64,000 nt of DNA, taken from NCBI GenBank assembly GCA_009103225.1, contig RHPI01001946.1, forward strand, positions 1 through 64,000, read 5' to 3'. The notes beneath the pieces were generated by a model. The model did no database searches. It had not been told where the DNA came from and saw only the letters and a program-made list of their open reading frames with translations. The DNA is from Chlorokybus atmophyticus (lineage: Eukaryota > Plantae > Mesostigma and Chlorokybus algae). The translations under genes were made by a program, and so were the position numbers. This document shows positions 13,309 through 27,545 of the stretch, in pieces (position 1 is the first letter of the stretch; each line of letters opens with the position of its first letter).

Positions 13309-16300
13309 TCAAAGAGTGTAAAGACTTGCAAGCTTGTTTCGCACGGGTGGCTGCAATGCACCAAAGTACTGCGGCCACGAATCCCCTAGCATCTGCAAGT
13401 CACAGTGAACATCACTGTCACCAACCTGTCAAGTGCTTGGAATGCTGCTTGCAACACATCAATCTTACATGCTTATAACCATGAAGAATGGATGCCAATC
13501 GTTTAGCAAGGTCATCATTGTGCACCTCCTGCAAAACACACAACCAAGCAGGCGAGTCACAAAGCAGTTGTGAATAAACATGCAATCATAGGCATGACAT
13601 GGAAGAGGCCGTTGCCAAGTACTGCGCATCAAGCGCAACATTGCTTCGCAGCAAAATCAGGGCCATGCAATAATGTACATAAATATCCAGGACTATGTGT
13701 TCTGCAATTGAACAGGACAACTTAACTGGTTTGTGCAGATTACTGACATGAAGAGCATATCCGCAGTACCACTTACTTGCCAACTTGCAATGGCTTCAGA
13801 CATCTGCACAAACGCGCTTGCCGCTCCAGCAGGATTGACGCTGACCTGTGACGCGACACGTGTACACACTTGATTGACAGCACAACGCAAGCAGTGCACA
13901 AGCTGCAGTCAAGGCACGGCATCTTTGTGCAACAACTGCAAATGTGAACTCACCATTGCACAAAGCCCGTAGAATGCATGTTCCTTTTCAATGTCATCTC
14001 GGATGCTGCAGTCAGATGTCGTTACAAGTTAGGCAACACAAACATGCAAGATGAAGTGCGCAGCAGTGCACAAGTGTCAATGGGACAAGCACATTGGTTT
14101 AACAGACCACCACAACAAACACGGACAACAAACACTGCTATGCAAGCAAACAGCTACACAGGCAAACATGCGAAGATGATGCGTACGTGCGCAGCGCTTG
14201 GCACCAAGGAACCATGAAGTGTTCAAGGTGGGGAGCAACTTGTTCTGGACACACCCAACCCAAGCGCCCGAGGGTGATTGCGCTGTTAACTAGAAGAGAC
14301 TTGTTCAAGCCTTGCATTGATAGTATGGGCACAATACAGGAGACACAACTCATGACATAAGGTGCCATTTCACCCTGCACCTGTCATGCGACACAACCTT
14401 TCAGCATCTTACTTCTGATGCAAGCGGCAATAACATCAAGCCTAAACGCACAGGCGCCATGAATTGTATGCATGTCTATGAAGTACCTTCACTGCAATCT
14501 CCCCAATCGCCCAGCATGCGTTGTTGCAAACAGACACACTGCCTTCCTTCTGTACAGCCTCCATCGCCAGATTCTTGGTCGCTAATGACAAGAAGTCCGC
14601 AAGAGATGGTCGCAGATGTACAATGGAAGCCTGTGCCGGAAATAGTTGTGATATAAGTAATAAGCATCGTGCACGGTGGCAACTACTCTGTAATTAAAAA
14701 CTGCACCTGACAGAGAAACATGCAACCGCACATAACATCTGGTACCTTGGCAAGGTCCCCAAGGAGGGCAAACGAGCTCTGCCGAACATCTGCCGCTTCG
14801 TCTGAGCAGCATTGCAAGAGGAGCTCCCTTAATGGACCGGAACCAACCTGTGGTTTCCAGTAGCATGACTAAACTGGTCTACAACATGGCAACATTGGTA
14901 TATTTGTCACTGGTTCCCAGCATAGCACACAACTGCTACTGACCAACAGGCACCCACCAAGCTCTCAACAGCTGTTCCTAGGCCTTCAGCCAAGCCGGAC
15001 AGCAAGTCAAGCGCGCATACTACGAACTCTTTGTCATACTCCCCAGGTTGCTGATCCGTCTGCAAATGACATTGCCAAACTCCTCATCAGCATCATAAGC
15101 CAGAAGGCTTGGCTGCAGCTGACCACAAACTTATTGCCACATCACAACGCATCCTTCACCAATCATGCATACCTTTACTAGCTGCATTAGCTGTACAATG
15201 TTGATGCATCTTCGGAAAACGTGTTCTGCATACTCTGCAAAGCCTGGACCAAGCGCCTGCAACAAAGTTGGTATCACATACCAGAAGTCCAAGACTGTGC
15301 ACAGCCATGCAATATGTGTGCACTATAAACGCACCTGGGCAATTGATGTGAGGCACTCAAGCAGCGGAAAAAGGTCTTTGTCTGTGTCAGATAACCTTTG
15401 CCATTTGTCAATCAAGGGGGGCATGAGAATTGAAATGTACTTGGGCTGCAACACACACCAGGTCAGAGGTCAGACGAGTAGCTATGCTTGACTGTAAAAG
15501 TCGCCAGCTTGGAGCATCTGCCTTGTACTGCAAGGAAATTCTGCAAGTACATGACAAGATGAACCATAAGCTGCCTTGCGTGAGGGTGCTTACCTCATTC
15601 AGCTCACCACCGACAGCATCTGCAAGGGTGCCAATGGCATCGTATAGTATTCGCAGGTTTTTCCGTTGGTACTTTCCATAAGCAAACATTAAATGCTGCA
15701 AGATTGGCTCCAAATGAGGAGCAAGATCTGCTGCCGCTTCCTGCGCAGCAAACACAGTTACCACTTCATATAGTGGGCAAGCAGACAAGTTGCAATGCAG
15801 GACAGCTGCGACCATGCCTCTTCCACTGTGGCAAAAGCTGAACACGCAGCCTCTTGGACACGCTTTGAGTTGTCAAGGATTCGCTGGAGCAAGCTCATCA
15901 GCATGGCTTCAAATTGAACTCGATCAGCAGCCGTGTGGCTGCCTTGTGTGACCCACTTAGAATACCGTGAAATGGTCCAACACGCAATGGAGCGAACGAG
16001 AGGCCGCGGATCTTCAAGCAGCCGCAACAGCACCGCCTGCAGCAGCGGTGAGCAACAGTGGCTCAAGCGCACAACAATATTACTGCGACAGATGCACAGC
16101 TGACCATTAATTGAGGCAGATGTGGCATCAACCCGCCAATGCAACCCTCTGCTACCGCACCCAACGCAAGAACTGCGGCTTCCCTTTCCTTCCATGCCAT
16201 ATCACTGGTATCTTGCAGCTTGGCCTGCGCACGGCAAACCAGCATCAGTACCGATTGCCTGCGCAGAACCATGCAGTGCATCGTACCTGTGCCAGAGGCA

Positions 16301-19300
16301 TCAGGAATGGTAGCAACTCGTCCCCATAAATGTTGGAGAGTATGTCCAGCCCTGCTGCACTGCACTTCCGTAGGTTCCATGTGTTTACCTCATCATCGTC
16401 ATCCTACCAATCATAGACACGGCAAAGTTCAGCCAACAGCTGCAGTAATGGGCACTGGCATATCGCAGAGCTGAATTTACCTCATCATCACCTTCTCCCT
16501 CTGCACGCATCCGTGATCGATGAATGAAGGGCTTCAAGTCCTGTGCAAGAGAGAATGATCAACTGAGTTATTCCTCAAAACTAAGAACTTGATCTGATTG
16601 ACTGACATGGATAACTGATTGGGTACTCTGTTGACTGTATCAGCTACCTGTTGTCTATCGGGAGCAGCATCATCCTCTTCCTCAGCAGCAAGCACAGCCT
16701 CATCATCGTCAGCGTACACCATGTTCTTTAACAAGATCTGCAACCCTCTTGTGAGCAACTGATACCAGACATGCACGACCAACAATCAATATCTGTGGCA
16801 TGTACCGGAACCAGCCGCGGCAAGAACTCTCTAAGAAGCTCTGGCGGGCACCTTGCTTCGCAATATGCCGACCTGCGCCATAAGAGCATTTACTGCTTGT
16901 CACAACAAGACAATGCATGCCATCATATGTAACGAGTGCGCACAATAACAGACCAGAACTCGCATGCTTCAAGTGCAACTTCTTCATTGGCATCCTGCAC
17001 AGTGACAGCCACATTAGACCTGAACCAGCTTGAAACGGGGCACAGCCAGCACAACCAGCACCTGGGTGGCTCCAAGCATGTACTCGATCACCGCCCTAAG
17101 ATTTGCCTGCGAAAATGCATCATCAGTGCAGGAACACAATACTGCCATGCTCCATACCATCCGTATGAACAAGTTTTGGCAACGAATGAATACCTTGCAC
17201 AACAACAGGCACAGTGCATGTGTTAGCTAATGACCAGGTCATAAACTCGGTTACCTGCAGCACTTCAGGCTGTACTTCAAGCAAGGCTACCAGACCAGCG
17301 CATACCTGTGCAATTCCACAGTGAACAAACGCACTTCAAGGAGTCTTGGGTGAGACGTTGGTGGCACTTACCAACTTCCTAACATCTGCAGAGGTATCAT
17401 GCGCTAAGGAGAATAAACCTTGAAGATACATGTTCATGTTGTTCACCAGAGCCTGCATGTACCATGGCAGTCAGTGTGCCACCCATGTCACCCATGATAT
17501 AGGGTGATTCATTATGAGTTGGCTCCCCACAGAGATGTACGTAACAGTGTGTTTGTTGTTCCACTGCACGCTACTCATGATACAGAAGCTGCTCAATACT
17601 GACCAGTGGCATCTGCACCGTGAACTGGTTTACACTGCCCACAGCATACTTGCGTACGACGGCGTGTTGCGAGGAGAACAGCTGCACACGATGACTGTCA
17701 GCGAAGGGAACAATGGACTGTGCTAGCTTCATTAAACGTTCTGAAGGATAGAGTCAGTGCCCTATTTGCAGACACTGACTCCATGATGACTTTCCAAAAC
17801 TAAACACAACCGCCACATCTTGTACAACAAAACTGACACATCAATCTGAAGCACTGGTGTTGACTGAATGTTCCAGGGCAGTTGACGTATTACAACAGTG
17901 CGCGTAGAAGCTTGCAAAACATGCAATGCACGCACCTTTAATAAGCGGGGTATAAGAAAATTGACAGGTCGTTCAGCAAGTCCTGGCACATCCTGGTCAA
18001 GCTGCTCTGGCATATCCTCGCAGATCTGCATGACCCGTGTGGCCAGCATTACTGCAACTGATGAGGAGTAGTGGCTGTTTTCGCATCAATGTGACGATGT
18101 CACGAACAGACTGTGTGGCAAAACACAAAAGCCCACCTTGAACAGCGCATCCAAAGCACCCTCCATGTGGTTATAATCACCGGAATCGATGCACTTGGCA
18201 ACGCCATCTAACAGATCTGGCCAGCCAGCAACACCAACGGCCTGCACAATGACAGAAATAACCGTGCCCACAGTGCTGCGTAGATGTCGATCAGGTGCTC
18301 CCATTCCTCTGAGAAGCTCAGCGCGCAGAAAAGCCTGTGCACAAGCATGTCAACAGCAGTTCCAGGCTTGTTGTATACATAAAGCAGGCAAGGGGCCAGC
18401 CCTCTTCAGGGGCGCACACTTGCTTGCGCACGCGCACAACATGGGACGACGTATGGAAAAGAGGGGGGGGGGGGATGTTATGCTGTCAAGATATAACCAG
18501 AGGTACCTCTGGGATAGTACTCCATGAACACACAAAGGCAGCATAGGCAGCCTTGATACCTGAAATGGAACCGGCATGGTGACATAGCCAGTTTTTAAGT
18601 TGTTCTTCAGCAATAGGCCAGCTGACTGCCGAACCTGCAGTTAAAGTACAAGCACACGATGTATACAACATGGTCACTACACAGTGCTGCGATTTGAATA
18701 AGTGCACTCATATGAGTCCAGTCCAGCTATGTAAGAACACCTTCGCGCAGTGAAGCGTAAAAACCTGGCTACACAAGTTGAAGTACAGCAGCAAGCAGAT
18801 ACGTGCAACAACAAAAGGCAATCGATGCATATCTATGCATGCAGCTGCATGGGGCCGCAACGCTGATGGGGACAACCATACAAACAACAGTAAGCAGCTA
18901 CCGATTTGCTGATGTAATCATGTACCAATGCATGTTGCTGCAACAATATAATCCGTTCAACAAACACAACATACGGAAATATATGCAGCAAGTTGATGCA
19001 CCTTCAAAAGCCACAAAGGAGCACCCCTGGAACAGTGCTATGACGCGGACACACGACATGAACAACAATACCACTATTTACACGTAACCTATGCTGGACT
19101 GTAAGCCTTTTATAGCCTTTTTTATTACGCAACAACCTGCCATGCATTGCGGGTTGTTGTACTCACTCCTGTTCCTTGAAACACACGCCTAGGTTGAAAA
19201 CCCTCAGAGCAGAACATGCACAGCACAAAAGCGTCACAAACGTTTGACATTCATTTGTCGAGTGAGGGTTTGGCACTGACGGGACTCACCTCGGCGGGCT

Positions 19301-19493
19301 GGTTTTCCGCACGCGTCAAGACGTGAGCCAAGTAATTGTTGAAGTCGGGGAACTGAGCGCAGGCCTGCAGCTGTCGGAGGATCCTGGCCTGGTCGGCGCC
19401 TGGGCTCATGTACTCCGTGAGAAGGCGGCATATCTGGACAACCCCCTCCACCTGAGGCTCCCAGACAACGGCCCCTCCGGCCGCAGCGGCCAT
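13309..19493 (-). CDS. TRN1: Transportin-1 (importin beta-2 / karyopherin beta-2), multi-exon
   Basis: N-terminus [14 protein letters not shown]...[13 protein letters not shown]|[18 protein letters not shown] exons [93 protein letters not shown]-like. C-terminus [27 protein letters not shown]. Confidence 0.95.
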
Positions 19494-19972
19494 GGCGGAG
19501 TATACCACCGACACCAGCCGTTCGGATGAGCCTTCAACGGTGCATCGAGGGTGTCCTTGCCCACAACGCGCAACCCCAGGCCCAGGACAACGCCCAAGCC
19601 AACGCCGCCGCCGACACCGCGGCCCTCCGCAACACACAGGCCGGCGAGATTGTTGAACCTACTGCACCAAACATCATAAACCTAGCTGAGCACGCTGATC
19701 GTGCTGATCACGCTGATCCCCGGCCTGTTCGTCGCAACAGGCGCTTCTGAGGTTTGGAACTGAGTTTCAGTATACACGGACTGTATAGGCCTATACCCTA
19801 CCTCATGACAGCTGCGGATATTTTGTTCCACATGTTTGTGTCGTCGTGTCCATTTCGTGGTGTCATGAAACTGCACGCCCAAATAGGCTGTAATTGAGGC
19901 CAATGATTGCAGGCTCCCCGGTCTGCATGTGTAGTGTCTATGGCACGGCTCCAATTGTGTGATCAGCGCGCA

Positions 19973-19994
19973 CAAACCCTAGCACTAGGGTTTG
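19973..19994. promoter_or_regulatory. Palindromic double telo-box (CAAACCCTAG-CA-CTAGGGTTTG) in the TRN1/PP4R3 divergent promoter
   Basis: Perfect 10-bp inverted arms, each containing AAACCCTA, located between the two divergent start codons. Confidence 0.55.
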
Positions 19995-20307
19995 CTGCTG
20001 TGTGGTTGTGGGCGACCGGGGCGGCGGCGACGGCGACAGTGGCGGTGGCGGAGAGCGCGGCGGTGAGGTCGGCGCCTGCGTGGACGGCGGCGCGAAGGAG
20101 ATGGAATTTTGAGGTCAGAGGATTGTCCGTCGGTGGAACGTGAGGAGGCTGCGTTTGTGGGTCGTCCACTGCCACGAACAAGGTGGGGTGGAGTCGCTGC
20201 TGGGCTAAGATTGGGCCTGGCTGGAAAGCTCGTTTGCTTAATGGCGAAGCGTTCGTGGTGGCGGTGCGGCAGGGTTTGGAAGCCTTGATGCTCGTTGCTT
20301 CCAGCGC

Positions 20308-23300
20308 ATGGAATATCACAGCTTCATGCAGGTGCGTTGCTGCTGCGTGTTCGCGCGCGTGCAGCTTGTGCAGAGCCTTTGTGGGGCCAGGTGCCCCGTC
20401 CAACAGGGCACATGTCGGGATTGTGGCGATTTGTTCACACTTGATTGGCATTGAGGTAGAGTGGTTAGCAATGCTGAATGGTAGGTGGTGTGCGTGTGCA
20501 CCATCGCATTGGTCGCAGTGTGAATCAGGCGTTCGTGGTCGGCTGACAGGCCATATTTTGAGCCGTTACATTGTTGCTCGTATTGTATGCTCTCGTCACG
20601 CGTCACATTGCTAGAGCTTTTGGCCTGTGTTAGTTGGCAAGTTTGGTTGTGCCTGATGAGTAACTGCGAAGCGAAGTGTATTAAGCAAAATTTGCAACAG
20701 TTGGTTGCTCAGTCAGTGTGTTGCAGAAGCGATATGCTGCAGCTTGCACTTTTTTGCAGATCGCATGCAGTGGTGCACATTGTCTTTGCATTGTACACCC
20801 ACAAGCGTGTTGTGCAAATATGCCACCTATTGGTAGCTGCTGCTCTATAGCTCAAGACTGCATTGAGGTGACGTAATTGTATGAGTGCCGGACAAGCAGC
20901 TGCCTCAATTTGTGAGCGCGTGTGCAGCGTGTAAAGATTTATCGGCTGAATGAAGAAGGCAACTGGGATGACAAAGGAACAGGTCATGTTTCCGTAGAGT
21001 ATCTTGAGGTGAGCAAAATCATGATGATTGCTATTGGTCACAGCGCTGGTTGAAACAGCATTTAATACCAATTGTCACAACTTATTACATTGTCTATTTT
21101 TGCGTGCAGCACGCCACAGTGGTTGATGTATGGTAACTCCGCGTTGTGAATCTGTTTTTGTGCAGCACTCGGATGCGCTCGGTCTTGTTGTGACAGATGA
21201 AGAGGACAACTCCACATTACTGGTGCATCAAATAGTCGCCGACGACTTGTACAAGCGCCAAGCAGGTAAATTGTCAGTGCAGCTTGCGCTTACTACTATA
21301 TGCACTTTGGCACAAGCAAACCTATGTTGGGTAACTACTGCATAGTGGGTTCATCGGAAGTGGCTTGCGTCCAGCCTGTGGCTCTGGCAGAGTGCATAAG
21401 CATGCACGAAGTGTTGATGTCGGTTGTCAACCATGTTGTATTGTTGCAGATACTATTGTATCTTGGACGGATAATGAGGCTGGGACGGATTTGGCTCTCA
21501 GCTTCCAAGAAACTGCTGGATGCTCATATATCTGGTGAGCTTGGTTTGACAGTCCAACAAGCTTTGATGTGCCAGTACTAACTGCATGTTTCACACGCAG
21601 GGATCAACTATGTACAGTACAGCGTGAAATACAGTTTCCTTCTGCGCATGGTTAGTTCGCTTGTCTGTAGTACACCCCTGTAGGTCAATGTGCTGGCAGG
21701 GCAGGATCAGAGCATGCTGCCACTTGCATCTGCAGAACTGATATCATCACGAAGACATGATGTAGATGAGCTGGACCGGGTTGCTGCTGCTTCCAATGAT
21801 GATAATGGTATGTGTCGGGTGGGACAGGTGTTTCCTGGCTAGGCATGCGCATGTAGTAGGATAAAACAACAACGCTGGTGCATTTGCTTTATGTCAGTCG
21901 ACTGCTGTGTGGAAAGGTCTGTCTGATTATTGGTTTGCTGATTCTACATCACTGTGCAGATGATCGCTTTCAACAAGCGACGGTCAGTGAAGTCGACCTT
22001 CCGTATGCAGAGTTTAACACAGAAGTTCTCGAAAAAATTGCCAAGGTGAACTCAGTTTTGTCAACCGCAGTGCTACACATTTTTGGCTTGCTTGCCGTAC
22101 ATAAGTGCTTGCACGTACCGAGTACCGAATACATTGTGCGGCTACCCAGGTGTTGGGTGAGGTGACACCCTTTGGCAGGGAGCAGGTCGCCAATCTTGTT
22201 CTGCGAGAGGTACACATGGCTGCATTGCAGCGAGTTGTCGCTGACATGTTAAGGAGCTCTTGCAAATGCCTGCTTGGACACACCATTGTAACTGGCACGT
22301 GTATGCAGAACTGGTTGCAGAGGCTGTTTGAGGTGTTCTCCATGTGTGAAGATCTTGAGAATTTGGAAGCATTGCGGTGTATGTACCGCATTGCCAAAGG
22401 TTTAGGTCAGTATATGATGTCAGTCTGCACGTGCATTGGTTTTCTTGGAACAGATGGCGTATATGGTGGTTTCAGCATCTGTTAGCTCTTTGTTTGCATG
22501 TTCTGACCCCAGATGCAGTTGCACAGCTGTTGATTGGCCAACCATGTGTGCTTTGGCAGCGATGCTGAATGAAGCACACGTTTTTGACGTCATCCTTCAT
22601 GAAGATCACATCCTGGACCTCATCGGCTGTTTGGAATGTAAGCCACTGCAGGCGTGCGGAAGAGCTCAGCCCTATGATTGTGTGCGCTTGTTACTACATT
22701 ATGCGTTCTTCGTCGTGCTGCAGATGACCCAGAAGCACCAGAACGCCAGGAGCATCGGCAATTCCTTCAAGGCCATGTGCTCTATAAAGAGGTTCGCTGT
22801 GGATTGGGCACATAAGGACACTGTCCTGTGCGCTTGGTGTAGATTTCTGCTTAACTGTGTGCTCATCATGTCACTTCTGACAGGTTGTGCCCATTGCTGA
22901 CATGACAGTCAAGTCTAAAATTCATCAGACCTACCGCATTGGATATATCAAGGTGCCTGTTTACTATGCCATGCTGCACATGTAACTGTGTCAGTTGTGG
23001 TATATGCGTGTGGTACATAAGTCTGTATTTGGGCTGCCGGGTGGTTTGCTGATTGCTGCTTGTAAAGGACGTGATCCTGCCAAGAGTGCTGGATGATGGC
23101 ACATTTGCCACGCTGAACTCGCTCATGCTGTTCAACAATGTTGAGGTACCATTGTACTGTGCTTTCTGTAAAGTTGCTTTGTTTTACAATTGCGACTCAA
23201 GTTACGTCATATCGGGGTGCGCTTTGATCCCGAAGCCTGGTGTGTTGCTGACAGCAGTGCAATTGCAGGTAGTCACCGCCTTGCAAAGCGATCCAAAGTT

Positions 23301-26269
23301 TCTGGTGGAGCTGTTTGCGCACTTGAATGCGAAGGATGAGTGCAAGCACAGCAGCAAGGATTGGAAGGATTTGGTGTTGTTCCTGCAGGAGTTGTGCAGC
23401 TTGACAAAACACTTGCAACCAAATCAGCGGTCTCAGCTCTTTCAGTAAGTGGTTTGTTCATTTCATGTACAATGTGCATGGCTGTGCCTTTCCCAAAATG
23501 ACGGCAAGAGCAACATTGTATCCTTCGTTGCCTAACAGACTGCACACGCGTGACCATGGTAACTCATGCAGGCGTATGAACCAGCACGGTTTGTTTGAGA
23601 TATTAACGACCGCCTTGGACTTCCTGGATGAGGCTGTACAGCTTGGCGCGTACGTACACACCTTGCGCTGTTGATGCATGGCTTATGTTCAATGTGTATG
23701 TTGCGTACTGTTATAATAAAGCAGTCGATAAAGTTGCGCGTAAACTTACTGTGTTGACTTTCTTGGCAGAGCGGATGTCATGGCGTCAACATTGAATCAT
23801 GACCCGGCTTTGCTGCGCAATTTCATGGTGTCCCAGAAGGAGCATATGCTGTTCACGCTACTGGTTAGAGCCACCTTGAATACCCCACGCATGCATTTGG
23901 TTTGTGCAAGTTGCAGGTCAAACCGTCTTTATATTTGCAGGTGCGTGGCTTCATTGAAGGTGCCAATGGTGGTCTACAAGCTCAGTTGTTGGAGATCTTG
24001 CGCATGTTGCTCGATCCTTCTTCTATGGAAGCCCTTGTGGAGAAGGGCACCTTTCTGGAGCTGTTTTATGAGGAGTACGTAAAGCACCTCATCAGTGCCT
24101 TGGAGACAGGAAAAAGCCCATTTCAGCAGCACAACGCCGAGGTGTCAAACGGCACATCAGGTGTGTTTGTCAAAAGGCGCATGCACAGGTGGGAGACGGT
24201 AGTAGCTGCAACTTGTGCATATGCATGGGTGCAACATGTTGTACTGTGAGGACTGTGCTGACTAGCATCTGTGATGGTAAAGGCAGTCATAATGTGCCAT
24301 GTATTGATCTTGTCCGCTGTCACAGAAAACGGGACAGATCTAAGTGCTCCTTTGGCACCAATGACGCTAAATTACATCTTGGAGTTATTATGTTTTTGTG
24401 TTCAGCACCATGGTTTCCGCATCAAGTATTATGTACTCCGGCACAATGTCATTGAAAAGGTGCGCAGGTCATGTATTTACAACCATGCTCCAGTTGCAGC
24501 TTTGCGAATACTTGCAAGCAGGCCGTCGTTGTGTATATGCAACCATTTGACTTTGCTGTGCAACACAGGTTCTCAGGCCATTGGTAAGGCGGACAGAGCG
24601 CTTTCTAGTTGTCGCTGCCATCCGCCTTTTTCGAACTTGCATAGGATTGAAGGACGAATTTTACATCCGATACCTTATGAAAAATAATTTGTTTGAAATC
24701 ATTGTACAGGTGGGTGTCCTTGCCTTTTGGTATCTGTGGCATTGCTAGACGGCTACGCAGAAACGATTGGCCAACTCAGGTTACAACACTGACTACGGCT
24801 GTTTGCAATGCAGGTTTTCTTAGAGAACGGCGCAAAATACAACTTGCTCAACTCCGCCATCATTGAGCTCTTTGAGTTTATACGCAAAAACAACCTTAAG
24901 AATGTAGTCGTTCATGTGTGGGAACAGTTTGGGAGCCGGCTGGAAGACATCACGTATGTGGACACCTTCCAGCAACTGAAAACTAAATACGAACAAATTC
25001 AGGTACCCCCCCCCCCCCTTCTCCCTTTCTGATTTGGGTCAGTGATTCTCCATGTGCACTTGCCCTGCTGTTGCATTGTGCGCATCAGCAAGGTTGTGCT
25101 CTACCAGTTGACTTTTCGTTCTGCTACACTGGAGTGCACTGACACTGCAGTTGGTTGTCTGCATGCCTTGCCATTTGATAAACTTTTGTAGAGGTTTGGG
25201 TACACACCTACGTTGGACACCTAGTGTACTAGAGTCAGTCGCATGTGTTGTTCTGCTTAATGTCCAATTGTTCCTTACCTATGAGGTCCACATATTGGTA
25301 TATTGTTAACAGGGCAGCATCATTTTACCTATGCCGTCACCGCGCACGGTATTGGCTCATGCTCAGCTGATTGCAGGATGGCAATGCGGAAGCAGCAGAT
25401 GCTGGCCAGGGTGGCGAGGCAGATGCAGGCCCCAGCATTTCAAGGCCAGTTTCTCGGGGGGCAGAGACACGGTTAGCTGGAAGGAATGTGCGAAGGCGAC
25501 GAGAAGGCAGCATGGATGAGGAAGAAGAGAGCTATTTCAATGAGGATAGGTGAGTGTGTTGTTGATGGAAGTCTCACTGTCTGTGTGTGCAGTTGGTCTT
25601 TTCAAAAATGGTGACGGTGATTGCACAGTGATGACGATGACAGCGGCAATGCGGCATCAGTGCCATCTCCACCACGGCCTCCCTTTTTGGCAAACGGTGC
25701 ACACGCCCCTGCACCTGCGCACAGGTACTGCTGTTATGCTGCAAGATCAGCAAGGTTTGACATGTAACCATATATAACAGGGCAATCATGCATGGTGCAG
25801 GGGTCCTTTCGGACTGGTCGATTACGATGATGACGATGATGACGAGCAGAGCTCAGGCTTGAGCCCGCGCAGCAGCCCTCGCGCGCGCAGTCCACCACTT
25901 CCGCCACGGCCGCAGAGCGCGCTGGGACTGCACGGCAAGGAGCGACCCTGGCCGACAAGCAAGAGCCGTGTGATCGCTTTTGCGCACGCAAAGGACGCTA
26001 TACATATTGATGCTAGCAGGCGGCGCAATGAGCCGGCCGCCACCTCATCTGCTGTTGATGCAGACGGAGAAAGACCTAAGCCCTCGCAACCTGCATCCCC
26101 AACTACAACTGCAGCAGAGCATACTGTTTCGCCCGAGTCTCCTGTCAACGTTGATACGGTGGAAGATGCGGGCGTACGCGAAGGGGAGCCATTTACAAAG
26201 AGGAGAAGGAGGGATTCACACGAACAGAACAGTGGGTCTGAAACACCGCCTGTGCTGGTCAATACATAG
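20308..26269 (+). CDS. PP4R3: Ser/Thr protein phosphatase 4 regulatory subunit 3 (SMEK/PSY2), multi-exon
   Basis: EVH1-like N-terminus MEYHSFMQ|RVKIYRLNEEGNWDDKGTGHVSVEYLE|HSDALGLVVTDEEDNSTLL...|DTIVSWTDNEAGTDLALSFQETAGCSYIW. SMK-1 region (VKDVILPRVLDDGTFATLNSLMLFNN; ILELLCFCVQHHGFRIKYYVL; NGAKYNLLNSAIIELFEFIRK). Acidic/Ser-rich disordered tail ending PPVLVNT*. Confidence 0.95.
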
Positions 26270-26779
26270 TACTACTGTCTTCTAGCGCTGGATGTTCCTA
26301 GGTAATCAATCAAATTGAGAGTGCGCGCGCCTGTTGCTCCTTGTTTGCCATGAAGTGTCTGCTTAGGTGCATGTTTTACCGGCATGCTATAGCTGACAGC
26401 CAATGGCATTGGGTCAATATTACTCTTGTACAAGTGCCTGACAAGCAGCAGGCTCCCAGCTTGCGCATCCGGCAGCTATCCAGGCACTGGCTGGGTAATG
26501 CTGAAGAGCAATGTGCCACGCGCGCGCACGCACACATTCCATGAAGCATGGCGAATTCACAGAAGATTTCGGGGGATCAGACCAGTTCTTTAAACTCTCG
26601 ACACTGTATTATTTAGGAGGGAGCTGTAGTCCTTGCTCTTGCCGTGCTTGCCATTGCCAACAACGACTAACCCCGGACCATGTGAGCAGGTATGCCAATG
26701 ACTCTGTGCTTGTTTGGGGCTGTGCATGTAGAGGGTAGCTAGACTGAGTAGGTAGAGCACTCAGCCTGGCGGTGGTGGT

Positions 26780-27545
26780 GCAAGTATGATGATGATGGTC
26801 AAAGCTTAGACGCGTGCATATAGCTGATGTACATGTGGTGTACGGAATAGGTGCTGTGTGTACAAGAGTAGTATGCTAGATCAGTAGCATGCGGCATGGT
26901 GTACGACAGCACCTATCCACACCTGTTTCAGCTAATGTGCAAGTGGCTGGCAACCACGACGCTGACCAACAGGTAAGTGAGGTGTGTAAATGGTAAGGAG
27001 AGTGCGGGGAGCATATTACTTCTGCCCGCATGTATGTTAAGTGTTATGTCATGCTTGGTACTTTCCTACTCTATCACAATGCAATGCTGCTGGCTGTAGT
27101 GCAGACTGGGTGCTAAGTGCGGCGTTGGAGTGCGGTGCTCACTGCTGCTTGCTGACATCATGTTGCGTAACTAGTCCAAACTTGACTGCTGAGCCAAAAG
27201 GGGCTGCAGCCATTTTGCTGACAGCGTAATCTTGGGTCTTAAGGGGTGCGCGCAGGCATTAATGGTAAGACTGCACCAAGGTTGCAAGCAATGGCCGCCA
27301 CTCCAGCGCAGGAGGCCTGGCAGTCGTCGTCGTTACAAGCGTCGTCGTCATTGTTTTGCATGCTGCCACCGCTACCCACAACGCCTCATCTCTCCTTTGT
27401 GCGCTCTCCCTGCTCTCTGCTGCTCTTTGCAGGTGGTTGACTCTTGCCATGGTATCCTGTTCTGCCAATTCCCACTACTTGAGGGTCTTGGTGTCTAGGG
27501 TTGTCTTAGTCGCTTTAGTTGAGTAAAGCTCTGCCTTGGCCCCCG
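26780..27545 (+). mobile_element. Degenerate 3' fragment of a Penelope-like element related to the copy at 35-37 kb
   Basis: Translation ...VYDSTYPHLFQLMCKWLATTTLTNR* parallels the C-terminus VTYQRLYMLVATRCAPTP* of the 36.2-36.5 kb ORF. Both are followed by aggtaagtgaggt...agtg(c/t)ggggagca (26971 vs 36493). Confidence 0.55.
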
